The notes beneath the pieces are model-generated. The model was not told the DNA's origin. It saw only the letters and a program-made list of their open reading frames with translations, and searched no databases. DNA of 64,000 nt from Selaginella moellendorffii (lineage: Eukaryota; Plantae; Lycopodiophyta), in contig NW_003314310.1 of assembly GCF_000143415.4 (NCBI RefSeq), forward strand, positions 738,611 to 802,610, given 5' to 3'. This document shows, one piece after another, positions 1-12,757 of this stretch. The number at the start of each line of letters is the position of its first letter. Within the stretch, counting starts at the first letter, position 1. The position numbers and the translations under genes are program-made.

Positions 1-99
1 TAGCAACACAATTCATTGCAAAAGGCCTATAACAAGATTTTCTATAAGAAGACATTGGGATCCTGAATCAAGTGAAAGACCTTGATTGCCTCCAGTCTT

Positions 100-210
100 A
101 ACTTTACGAGTTAAAGTTTTTAGTCTAAAAGTGTTATGTTCATTACTTTAGCTATTGCGTTATAGATCATTTTCGGCTCCACTTTAGGACTTAGGGATTT
201 TTATCTTACA
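100..210 (-). mobile_element. Decayed terminal fragment of a family-A LTR
   Basis: ttttcggctccactttaggacttagggatttttatcttaca resembles the family-A terminus ggctccactttggggcctagggattttgtgtctcaca. The left boundary is approximate. Confidence 0.6.
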
Positions 211-829
211 ATTATGTTTTTTTTTCATACATAAAAACTGCATTTTAAATTCACAAGTCCAACCATAATAAAAATAATTATTTTTTGGTGATGGATTATC
301 ACATTCTTTTTCAAAATATGGATTTAAAAAAAATATAAAATCACTTCATAAAATTTAAATATCATAATATCTGCTTTACTGGGGACTTTATATTTTTACT
401 TAATTTATAATATATTTTAAAGTAACCTTGAGTCTTCTATTCATATATGTGTTAGTGTGCATAGAGAAGAACTTCATCTGTGTGGAGTCTACGATGGCTC
501 TACACATAAATAACCTTGTGGATAAACAATTATAATTGCATCATCAATAATTTGTGGATGATACTCATAGATAGCTCATATAAATATTACAATAATCTTT
601 ATCAACTCAAATGTATTAAGTCCACTCAAGTCAATAGCATACAGTCTCTCTCTTTAAAACCATCATAATGGTTTACATGACTAAAATGTTTGTTTAGAAG
701 AAAACCAGATTTAGAAGAAAGTATTATTTTAGGATATTTTATAAGTAGGATAAATCATTCAGTCAGATTTATCCTACTGACTGAATGATAAATGTTCACC
801 CTAAACCGGTTTTGGAGCAAATTCTTGAG

Positions 830-1345
830 AAATCTGAATTATGGTGATGGCATTGGTGCTAAAGAGATCTTAGAAGTAAGGAGTATACTCTTAGAACATT
901 ATGTTGACTCAAGGCTTTGATCAAAGCTTCTTTAGTTTAGAAAACTACTTAGACATAGTTTAAAAGTAGATTTATCCCAAGTTTAAGTCTACTATGTATA
1001 TTGCAAAATCTTATGAGATTTGAATAAGACTCACGAATTGAAAATTTGAAAGCGATTATCAGAAACCACTATAACTATTCGAACTACTTTATGCATAGTA
1101 CAACTAAGTGAATTAGTCAAGGCTCATCTCTTACATATAAAGAGCTGACTCAAACATTTGAGATTACAAACACTGCTTAATGTGAAAGGTGTCACTCTTT
1201 TATAGATTTTGAGAGCACTTATATCACACCTATTTATTTATATATTTGCTTTTTGTCTATGCCTCACTACAAGGGATATAAGGCATGTTTCATGTGATTG
1301 CCCTTGATTCCTCTTTATGGGGCTAGATGTGTGAAAATCTACCCT
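830..1345 (+). pseudogene. Possible highly decayed MULE-type transposase with SWIM zinc finger
   Basis: Frameshifted remnants: FMV-like (~840), TT-x-x-like (~1100) and C-D-C-P...M-C (1293-1340) resembling SWIM CxC...CxH. Many stops. Confidence 0.25.
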
Positions 1346-4300
1346 TCAGATTAGTTGAGTGACACTCAATTGATAGGGGAAACATTCACCACTCTATATG
1401 TGAAACACCCTTTACAAAACGTGGACCACAATTTGTGAAATATGATCCATAGTTGTATGTATGTCCTCACATAAGAGAATGAATATTTTCCATATAGGCA
1501 AAATTATATAAGTACTCTAGTAAAAGTTATAACTCAATTTCCACTTACATCTGGAATGCACAAATCACTCCATGTGCTAATAAAATTTTTGTTAGATGAA
1601 ACAGTTGAGAGGCTTCACACCATAAATGTAGAATAAAGAGCTATAGAGCTTGCTACTAAGCTTAGGCATTAGTTTTGGAAACACTACTACCATCACTTTA
1701 ATCTCTAAAGAACTAGAACAAGTTTAAAGGGGTTTTATCTAAAAAAGTGAAATAGCTATATATACTTCCAGAAATTTTGAAATATATTTCAAAGCTCAAG
1801 GATTTATCATACAAGATTTAGCAAAGATTTATATTGACCATTACTACTTGTTGGTGAAGAGGTTAAAGAGAACTTTTCCTTGAAAAGCAATTTTTATCTA
1901 GATATAAAATAAAGTCTTCCGTGAATTAGTTATTATATGTTTGATATGCTACCTAATGTCATTCCACAAGAAAATTAATCTAGAATAGGCTATCATGTGC
2001 TAGATAATATAACCCTTATATTAATTTCACAAGGCAATTTCACAGAATAATCTCCATGCCCCATTCAAATTAGTCTCTAATGTTGATCCATTTAAAAGAG
2101 GTTTTCCTAAAATTTGCCAAGAATAACAAGCCACTCTTTCTAATTTCAATTGTAAGGGCAAAGTTGATTGTAAACAAAAGGGTAAAACCCATTGTGAAAC
2201 AAACAAGTTACTCCAGAATTGACTCTTATATACCAAAGATCTTGCATTAAATTAATCTTAACCATATTAGGCACAAGCAAAAAAGGAAGGTCCTCCTATG
2301 CACATAGGTGGAAAGATTGAGAATTGATAACCCTCTATAGTCTTGATAAAAGTTGATTAGGGGAATTAGGATAGATAAAATAAGAATGTTTACTAACAAT
2401 TCACCACACCTATCAAAAGATATATTTTGCTTATAGATTAGAAGTTGGTTGATCCTCACTCTATGTGACTAGGCAAAAGTATAAAAAAGCAAAAATTAAA
2501 CTATTTTGTATGTTTAACTAAGCTAAGAAATGATAGATTTAATGAAATTGTCTAAACAACTTGATGAATTATCAAGTAAAATACTTGATAATATTTTGCT
2601 TAAGGTATATAGAAGTCTAACTCCTTGTACCTTTACTATTATCAAAGAAAGTGTAATAATACACCTAGATTACTTTGTAAGTATACAGTGTAAGCAAGAT
2701 TTATATCTATATAGTTACATATACAAAAAGAAAATAGTACCATAATTTTTCCTAGATAAAGAGATAATCTACCTATCTAAGTTAGATGCAAATCCTAAGT
2801 ATCATAACCTGTAAAGGATTTATAAAATTCTATCTAATAAAAAATTGCTAAAATTTTATGCAATCTTAGGCAAAAAAGCTATTATAGGATAATAAATCTT
2901 GGATACCCATATACAGAAATACACTTGCTAATAATTGGGCTAATAGACGTTGTATCAAATCAGAATCTAGATTGATAGGCAATAAAATTTTGTGGAGTAA
3001 AAGTCTTTTAAGATGGACCACACATAAGTAAGATAGATACGCTATGAAAAATAACATTTGTTATTTGAAATTTTTTTAGACTTTTGTATAAAAAATGTCC
3101 TAGACATTTGACTTCTAAAGGAAAGTGTGAGTGATTAATTTTTCTGTTCTACTTTAATCATTTAACTACACCTCTAACTACTTGAAAGAGTCTCATTCAC
3201 AACCTCCATAAGTCTAATCCAGGACTTAGGGCTTGCTAGCCCCGAGAATGGCATCCATGCCACTTAACTTTTGCACTTGCTCCAAGTGCTTCATGTGTCC
3301 AATCTCATGACTGACACCTAAAGGTACCACTAATATATCAGCCCATTACACTAAAGCCATACTTATTCACCTTTGTCACACTGGTGATCCAACACTATTG
3401 ACATCGTAGTCTATCTCCTAAAGATTGGGCTATCCATCTATGAGTGATCATCCCAGATCCACTCCTTAACATCTTTAGGATGCCTGTAGACATGGGGAAC
3501 AACCTTCCTCAATATCCTTTTTTCAATCCCCACTAAGTCTTTTTCTGTTCATGGCCGTGTTCGCCAATATTGCCACTGGGTCAAGGCCCACCGGCTAGAC
3601 CACTAAGTCCCATTATCCTTTAGGACTTCCTCACCATGTGACCATATCCTTGGTCACTACACTAAAGGATTGCCCCTCTTCCTTTCCACAGTCTAGGATT
3701 TTGGGATAACATTTCGGAACACCGTGGCCATACACGAGCCTCATGGGTACTCTCCCCACTTTCCGCTTTTGGGTGCTCTAGCCATGGGGCTAGAGCGAGG
3801 TTTCGTTGAGCCACACCAGGTATCCAAGTAAGTAGTGCCACCCATGCTTGGATTGGGAGCATTGGCCATTTGATCTCCCAGGGGAACTAGAGCTGGCTTT
3901 TGAACACTTCACCAAGCTACCCCGCTTGTCAGTCCGTAGTCACTCTAGCTTTGGACTTCTCAGTGGTTATCTCATCACCCAACACTTGCCTTCTTGGGCC
4001 AAACTAGCCTGTCCTAGCCAAATTGGCTCCATTGGGGTCCAACTCCCACACTCTCCCTACTATACTTTTGAAACCCCTTACAACTGCCCCCCCCCCCCCC
4101 CCTCGGGGGACGATTGCTTTGGGCTTTCACCCAACAGCATATATTAGTATTCGGACTCGGACTCAGTCTCAGTCTCGGTCTCGGTCTCGGTCTTAGTCTC
4201 GGTTCCATCTCAGACTCCATCTTGGACTCCATCTCAGGTCCACTTTGGACTCCATCTTGGGTCCATCTTGGACTCCATCTCAGGTCCATCTCGGACTCTG

Positions 4301-6791
4301 TCTCGGGTCCATCTTAGACTCTATCTTAGACTCTATCTTGGGTCCATCTTGAACTCTATCTCGGACTCCATCTTGAGTCCATATTGGACTCCATTTCAGA
4401 CTCCATCTCAAGTCCATCTTGGACTCCATCTTGGGTCCATCTCAGACTCCATCTTGGGTCCATCTCAAACTCCATCTTAGGTCCATCTCAGACTCTATCT
4501 TGGACTCCATCTCAGACTCCATCTCATGTCTATCTTATACTCCATCTTGGGTCCATCTCAAACTCTATCTCGGGTCCATCTTAGACTCCATCTTGAACTC
4601 CATCTTAAGTCCATCTCAGACTCCATCTTGGGTCCATCTCAGACTCCATCTTGGGTCCATCTCAAACTCCATCTTGGGTCCATCTCGGACTCCATCTTAA
4701 ACTCCATCTCGGACTCCATCTCGAGTCCTTCCATGTGTTATGTGTTGGTCCTTTTATGTCCTTTTTTTAGAGACTCATTTATTGCTTGCTTTGTGCTTAT
4801 TCCTCGAGTTCTGCGTTAGGAGTCCACTCCCGCTCTTGACTTTTCGAGTTGGAGATTTTAGTCCATATATGTTACACTCATTTGGCTTCTGCCTCAGCCA
4901 CTACCATGTGGCACCCTTTCAGCTCCTCTTTGGGGCCTAGGGATTTTATGTCTCACAACTCCACCACCCATAGACAAAGTTTGATGTCCTCATTGAATGG
5001 TAAACCATTTTATAAAGTAACACTAGCATATATTACCCTTTTCATCTTTAGCACCAAGCTAATATTTATCAATGGTTGGTCACTGAAGGCTCACTATGCC
5101 TTTCTTATCCTCTAAGGAGTATAGTCTCTCCAACTTAGAAACTCATTAGACCACTTATGGTGGTTTTTTTCCTTTATTAGTTTAGTTCTCGCTAAACCTG
5201 TTAGAGATACCTTTTCTATCTCAATCCCACTACTCATTCTTGAGTAGTTTCAACCTCTATCGATATAACCATTCCTCTTTAAAACTTTTAATCTTGACTT
5301 CTCGAAGTCAATTTTCTAAGTGTCTCCGACACCTTTCATTGCACATATTGTACAAATTCCATATCCCTATCCTAGGAAATTCTCTATTTGAGGGCACTAT
5401 TATCCTCTATTTTATTTCATGCCACCCTTGACACTAAATTTCAGTTATTATAAGTTGTGCTAGAACTGTCCATAGCCCTATCATTTGGCTATCTTGCTGC
5501 TCCCTCCCTTGGAGCTTTCACCTTTGCCAAATTGGAGTATTTTGGAATCCATCCTTGGAAACACACTTTCTTTCTCATAATTCGTTAGCATCCAACACAT
5601 TAGTGTTCCTTGCCTAACTTTATCATTTGGATTCCTTCTAATGAATTCCATGGCCCAAATTTGATCACCACTCTTTTGCTAATATCCATTGATTGTTGTA
5701 CAAAACAATATAAGATCACTACCTCCATCCTTAAGATATTTTTTTGGTTCCATGGCAACGGCTCCACTTTGCTAAGTCCGGAGGGCCTATGTAAGCGACT
5801 AAATTTTCCATTCTACTTTAGTCACTTAACCACACCTCTAACCACTTGGAGGAGTCTCATTCACAACCTCCATAAGTCCAATCCAGGACTTGGGACTTGC
5901 TAGCCCCGAGAATGGCATCCATGCCACTCAACATTTGCACTTGGTCCAAGTGCTCCACGTGTCCGATCCCATGACCGACACTCAAAGGTACCACCGACAT
6001 AGCAGCCCGTTACGCTAAGGCCATGCTCAATCACCTTTGCCACACTGGTAGTCCAATACCACTTGCATCACCGTCTTGGCTCTCCAAGACTAGGCAAACC
6101 ATCCGTCAGTGGTCATCTCAGATCCACTCCTTAGCATCCTTAGGATGCCCACCGACAAGGGGAATAGCCTTCCCCAATATCCCTCTGTCAGTCCCCACTA
6201 AGTCCCTTTCTGCCCCTGGCCATGTTTGCCAACACTGCCACTGGATCGAGACCCACAGGCCCGACCACTAAGTCCCACGATCCTCTGGGACTTCCTCACC
6301 CCACGACTGTGTCCTTGGTCACTACCCCAGAGGACTGCTCCTCTTCCTTTCCACAGTCTGGGCTTTCGGGGCAACATTTTGGAACACCGTGGCCTTACGC
6401 GAGCCACCTGGGTACTCTCCTCGTCTTCTGCCCTTGGGTGCTCTAGCCATGGGCTTAGAGCGAGGTTCCGTTGAGCCACGACAGGTATCCAAGTAGGTAG
6501 TGCCACCCACACTTGGACTGGGAGCATCGGCCAGTCGATCTCCCGGGGGAACTAGAGCCGGCTCTTGAACACTTCACCAAGCTACCCCGCTTGTCGGTCT
6601 GTGTTCACTCTAGTCTTGGACTTCCCAGTGGGCAGCTCATCACCCAACACTGGGTCCGGCCTTCCTGGGCCAAACTGGCCTTTCCTGGCCAAACTGGCTC
6701 CACTGCAGTCCTCCCCCTACTATACTTTTGGAGCTCACCAAACCCCCCAGGGTCTGGGAGACGAACGCTTTGGGCTTTCACCCTCTCAGGC

Positions 6792-6874
6792 TCCGGACTC
6801 GGACTCGGACTCGGACTCGGACTCAGACTCGGACTCGGACTCGGACTCGGGCTCGGTCTCGTTCTCGGTCCCGA

Positions 6875-6908
<34 letters not shown>

Positions 6909-7300
6909 AACTTCGGACTCCATCTCGGACTCCATCTCGGACTCCATCTCGGACTCCATCTCGGGTCCATCTCGGACTCCATCTCGGGTCCATCTCGGAC
7001 TCCATTTCGGGCCATCTCGGACTCCATCTCGGGTCCATCTCGGACTCCATCTCGGACTCCATTTCGGGTCCATCTCGGGTCCACCTCGGACTCCATCTCN
7101 NNNNNNNNNNNNNNNNNNNNNNNNNNNNNNNNNNNNNNNNNNNNNNNNNNNNNNNNNNNNNNNNNNNNNNNNNNNNNNNNNNNNNNNNNNNNNNNNNNNN
7201 NNNNNNNNNNNNNNNNNNNNNNNNNNNNNNNNNNNNNNNNNCTCCAACTCGGGTCCATCTCGGACTCCACTTCGGACTCCAACTTGAGTCCATCTCGGAC
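6792..7300. repeat. LTR-internal satellite: (GGACTC)n-(GGTCTC)n-(GGACTCCATCTC/GGGTCCATCTC)n
   Basis: Directly visible tandem units; contains N gap 7100-7241. Equivalent arrays at ~4150-4730, 12642-13150, 15770-16255, 24400-24712, 27098-27370, 30322-30890, 31795-32500, 39650-40458 and 55258-55395. Confidence 0.95.
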
Positions 7301-9066
7301 ACTTCCACATGTCATGTGTTGGTCCTTTTGGGTCCCTTTTTGGAGCCTCGCTTTTTGCTCGCTTCATGCTCGTTTCTCGAGCACTTCGTTGGGAGTTCCA
7401 CTCCCGCTCTTGACTTTTCAAGTTGGAGCTTTTGGTCCAAACGTGTTATGCTCGTTTGGCTTTCGCTTTGGCCAATACCACATGGCGCCCCTCCGGCTCC
7501 ACTTTGGGGCCTAGGGATTTTGTGTCTCACAACTCCACCACCCATAGACGAAGTTCGATGTCCTCATCGAACGGTAAACCATTTTATAAAGTAACATCCG
7601 CATGTGTTACCATTTCCATCCTTGGCACCTAGCCAATATTTGTCAATGGTTGACATTGAAGGCTCACCATGCCTTTTGCATATTCCTCAATGGTTTGACT
7701 CCAAAGGCTCACCATGCCTTGCCCATCCTCTAAGGAGGGTAGTCTCTCCAACTTAGAGACTGATTAGACCACATGTAGTGGTTCTCTCCTTTCCTTGGTT
7801 TAGTTCTCGCTAAACCTCTTAGAGACCCTTCTCTAAGTCAATCCCGCTACTCCTTCTCGAGTGGTCTCATTTTCCCTCGACATAATCCATGCACCTTGGA
7901 ACTTTTAATTCTGACTTCTCGAAGTCAATTTCCTAGGTGTCTCCGACACCTTGCATTGCACATATTGTGCAACTCCACTTCCTCATCCTAGGAAGTTCTC
8001 CACTTGAGGGCACCATCATCCTCTGTTCGATTTCATGCCACCTTTGTGCACTGAGTTCCAGTTATCATATTTTGGTGCTAGGGCTGTCCATGGCCCTATC
8101 TTTTGGCTACTTTGCCGCTCCCTCACTTGGAGCTTTTACTTCGCCAAATTGGAGCACTTAGGAATCCATCCTTAGAAGTCCACTTCCTTTCCCACAAACC
8201 GTTAGCATCAAACTCATTAGTGTTCCTTGGCTAACTTTGCCATTTGGATCCCTTCCATTAAATTCCATGGCCCAAACTTGGCCACCAGTCCTTTGCTCCT
8301 ACCCTTGATTGTTGCACCCAACAATATAGGATCGCTACCTCCATTTTTGAGGTATCCTTTCGGTTCCATAGCAAAGACTCTTCTTTGCCAAGTTCGGAGG
8401 ATGTTCACCCCTAGCACGTCTCTTTAGCATCTTTTGCTATGGGCTCTATCCACGGCCCAACTTCGTGACCCTCCCATGGGTCTCTTATAGAGACTACTTT
8501 CCTCGGATTCACTATGCCATCGCACGGACATAGTTTATTTCCGTTAGGTGCTCTTCCCACTTGGTCATCATGACCAAGCCACACCACCTTAAACAGTTCA
8601 ATTTTAACATTTTGAACCAGGAACTTCATTCCTTAGCCAACCAAGGACCTTGTCCTCATTTGGCCATAATATCACCTAGTGATCTCACCTTGGCACTTTA
8701 ACAGAGTTGCCAAGAGGTACTTGGTCTTCTAGACCTTCAAGTTGTTGACTATAACCCCGGGGGCATCCCCCACACTTGGCGATGCACCCAAGCCAGCCCT
8801 TACGGCCAAGGGTTCATAGCAACCGAGATTAGGTGTCCCCATCTCGCTCACCACGTCCTTGGTGCCACCTGCACCAAAGCGTTCAAGTTAGATATGCCGA
8901 GCTTTCACACTAAGCAATCTAACCGTGCATCACGACTCCGAGGCATCCCTCGCTTGGCGGTGTGCCCAAACCAGTCTCCCCACTGAGAGTCCATGACCAC
9001 CGAAATATGAGTGTCCTCATATTCCAAACCATCACCACGCCCTAGTGATTTGGGACTCGAACCCAA

Positions 9067-9159
9067 GCACTAGAGAGTCGGGACTCGAACCCAACCTCCG
9101 TATATGCATCTACGGACGGCATCACACAAGATGCCTGGCGTGACTCCCCACGCCGGTGC
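9067..9159 (-). other. tRNA-like four-hairpin RNA structure in the family-A interior
   Basis: Minus strand: GCAC c [GGCGTG-gggagt-CACGCC] a [GGCATC-ttgtgt-GATGCC] g [TCCGTA-gatgcata-TACGGA] g [GTTGGG-ttcgagt-CCCGAC] tctcta GTGC. A second GGTTCGAGTCC B-box/T-loop lies at 9052-9066. Confidence 0.6.
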
Positions 9160-12100
9160 ACCAACTTATTTTTAAAGCGCGCTACAGATCACAGCTTAGG
9201 AACCTAGTTCCTCCACACTGCCAAGTCCTCTCACTTGACATGTCTGTGATCATGCATGGACTCCTCCATGCTCGGCCCCATGGCCCACCCTTTTTGAAGT
9301 TATCACCTTCAACTAGGGTATTTGTTCCCCCGACGTGCCAATCTCGCTTGGCAAGTCCTTCGACCACTGTAACATGGTTCCTGCATAAGCGTGAAAGTCC
9401 TTGACCATCGACTTTCGTTCAAAGCCCTCTCTTTGAACACTCGGGAACTACTTCCCTAACCTTGATAGCCTTGCCTCATGGCAAGCTTCAAGACCACGCT
9501 TCTGCTGCGCCACTCTGATTTCGCGCGTTCCATGAACCATTTACACTTGGCCTTTCTAGGTACTAAGCTACCTAGAATCGTCTTTGGGAACCTTGAAGGA
9601 ACTCTGTCCCTCAGCTTGCTAAGGCCTCCCTTTTTGCAAGCCTTCCAAATGCCACATAGTCTAACATGGACAATCCCATAACTTAGACTCTCCATGGCAT
9701 CACGGTTGCTAGCGGCAACACCCTCGAGCCCCCACTTGATTCTCCACTCCCAGCTGGCATAACCAACCTTGGTTATGCCCTTCGATTTCTATGGTTCAGT
9801 TCCATCCCAATACTACTTGCCTTTTGGCCCCATATGTTTCTTTTGGTTATTCTCCTCCAGACCAGGAGGATAGCTTTGCACTTTCTATCATGCCTTAGCA
9901 AGTATTCTTAGGGATGAACCTACCCAATAGCCCAGGGAGTGGTTCCTCAATTCGGGTATGCTCACCTTATAATCCCATACACTGGGGTTACATTGTTGCT
10001 TATGGGCCTTTACATGCCCATCACTAGCCTTGCCAAAATTCCATTCTTGGCTTTGTCCAACTCGGGTAGACAGTCCTCTCCTGTCTCCGCAACCTTGGAC
10101 ATTTGGATAGCACCTTCTATCCATCATTCGCTAGGGACTTAGTCCCTTGGGCTTTATCCATTGCCCTCGCGACATCAAACACCACCTTCTGGTGTTCTAG
10201 AGTGTTCGGGTGTCCCAATGATGGCTTTCTTGACAATGAGTATTTCCTTTTATGACATTGACTTACTATATCGCAACACAAGCAACTTATCCCCCGTAAG
10301 GGTATATCCAACTTCCCTATGCTATTAAGAAGTCTTGGGTAGCTACTTTCTACCCGTTTAACCAGTTATTTTGCACCTCTTGCTTAGTTGCCTCATAGTT
10401 GTCAAGTCCTACAACTCATTGTTTGGTGCTTTCATACCTCCATCATTATCTGGGTCACCGCACTTCAACTGCATGCTCTGCAGCTTAGGCTATGCCATTC
10501 CCATTTCCATTGGGATTCCTTTGGCAAGGGGTTCTCATGAACCCACCAACATAGCCTCAAGGTATCACACCTTGGCACATTTGGTGTCTCCACACCATCG
10601 GCTCCACGAGCCTACCTCTATGACACTTCCCCTTGGTGTTTATGTCTTTGCCAAGACCAACACCGCTCTTTCTCATGCCAACCATCCGTTAACACTGCAC
10701 CATAGAGGTCACACACAACTTTGTGTCAAAGTTGTTTTCTTCTGGGAACACCTTTCCCATAACTTTAGCATGGCACATTTTGCCATCGATGAGATACCCT
10801 CTGTTCTCATCCCTGGATCCTATGATCCCCCCCCATCCTTTGTGGGGTACAACACACCTCAGTCCAAATGCTTCCTTTAGTCCTTTTAGGACCATCCCTT
10901 GACTCTACTTGAGTCATCAGCAGTTTTGGACTTGGTTAATCCACAGACCCTTAAGGTCCTACTTGTGAGGCACTAGCTCACTGGAATACACTTCTTGCAT
11001 TCCTGTCCTACTCAAAAGGACTATTTTCACAAGTGTTACTCCGACACTTGATTTTGTTCTCTGGGGGCAACTTTTGCCCCTTAGGACTACTTGTCCATGC
11101 GATGAGAATACCACTCATCTCTAAGTACACCCCCCAACTCCTTGGGTTGTTCCAGCATTTATTAAAGGTAGCCCCGGCTACCATTTCAAGGACTTGAGTC
11201 CTCTTCCGTATTTGACCTCCCACAGTCATTACCTCTGGTCTCACATTCATGAGCACCAACCCCAACTATATGAGGATAATCTTGTGACTCCTTTATTGTT
11301 TTGGAGTCTCTATCTTTCCCGTGATCCCAACTTTAGTTGTTTACCACAACAACTTTAGCCAATTTGCTGAGACAAATGCTCATCCGGATCACATCCTCAA
11401 CTCAATGAGGAAAACCTTGCACTGTTCCCAAGATCCCAAAGTCGTTCCATTATTGGCCCTTTTTTATCCACCACCTCGTCTACAAGTTCACACATGAACT
11501 GTAATGGAGAGCCATGTCTTCCCGACTTGCTGCTCCTCAAGGATAGGCCCACTCCTCGGACCTTCCGATGCCAACATCAATGGTGATATACTTGGGCACC
11601 AATAAAAGTCGGACTAAGGAACAGCTCCGATACCAAGTTGTAAGCGACTAAATTTTCCATTCTACTTTAGTCACTTAACCACACCTCTAACCACTTGGAG
11701 GAGTCTCATTCACAACCTCCATAAGTCCAATCTAGGACTTGGGACTTGCTAGCCCCGAGAATGGCATCCATGCCACTCAACATTTGCACTTGGTCCAAGT
11801 GCTCCACGTGTCCGATCCCATGACCGACACTCAAAGGTACCACCGACATAGCAGCCCGTTACGCTAAGGCCATGCCCAATCACCTTTGCCACACTGGTAG
11901 TCCAATACCACTTGCATCACCGTCTTGGCTCTCCAAGACTAGGCAAACCATCCGTCAGTGGTCATCTCAGATCCACTCCTTAGCATCCTTAGGATGCCCA
12001 CCGACAAGGGGAATAGCCTTCCCCAATATCCCTCTGTCAGTCCCCACTAAGTCCCTTTCTGCCCCTGGCCATGTTTGCCAACACTGCCACTGGATCGAGA

Positions 12101-12723
12101 CCCACAGGCCCGACTACTAAGTCCCACGGTCCTCTGGGACTTCCTCACCCCACGACTGTGTCCTTGGTCACTACCCCAGAGGACTGCTCCTCTTCCTTTC
12201 CACAGTCTGGGCCTTCGGGGCAACATTTTGGAACACCGTGGCCTTACGCGAGCCACCTGGGTACTCTCCTCGTCTTCTGCCCTTGGGTGCTCTAGCCATG
12301 GGCTTAGAGCGAGGTTCCGTTGAGCCACGACAGGTATCCAAGTAGGTAGTGCCACCCACACTTGGACTGGGAGCATCGGCCAGTCGATCTCCCGGGGGAA
12401 CTAGAGCCGGCTCTTGAACACTTCACCAAGTTACCCCGCTTGTCGGTCTGTGTTCACTCTAGTCTTGGACTTCCCAGTGGGCAGCTCATCACCCAACACT
12501 GGGTCCGGCCTTCCTGGGCCAAACTGGCCTTTCCTGGCCAAACTAGCTCCACTGCAGTCCTCCCCCTACTATACTTTTGGAGCTCACCAAACCCCCCAGG
12601 GTCTGGGAGACGAACGCTTTGGGCTTTCACCCTCTCAGGCTCCGGACTCGGACTCGGACTCGGACTCGGACTCAGACTCGGACTCGGACTCGGACTCGGG
12701 CTCGGTCTCGTTCTCGGTCCCGA

Positions 12724-12757
<34 letters not shown>

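Noticed and set aside
6513-7594. Long overlapping ORFs (RS/SR-, DS-, GL-rich; also at 12362-13387, 15630-16316, 30041-31280, 31812-32636 and 39733-40644)
   Set aside because: The satellite units lack stop codons in all six frames, so these ORFs are by-products. Frames and ends are not conserved between copies.
9067-9159. Bona fide tRNA gene
   Set aside because: No canonical D-loop GG/A-box, 7-nt anticodon loop or 7-bp acceptor stem; kept only as a tRNA-like structure.
9182-9367. Integrase GPY/F-like peptide in the family-A interior
   Set aside because: Short, with no accompanying catalytic motifs; cannot be distinguished from chance without a profile search.
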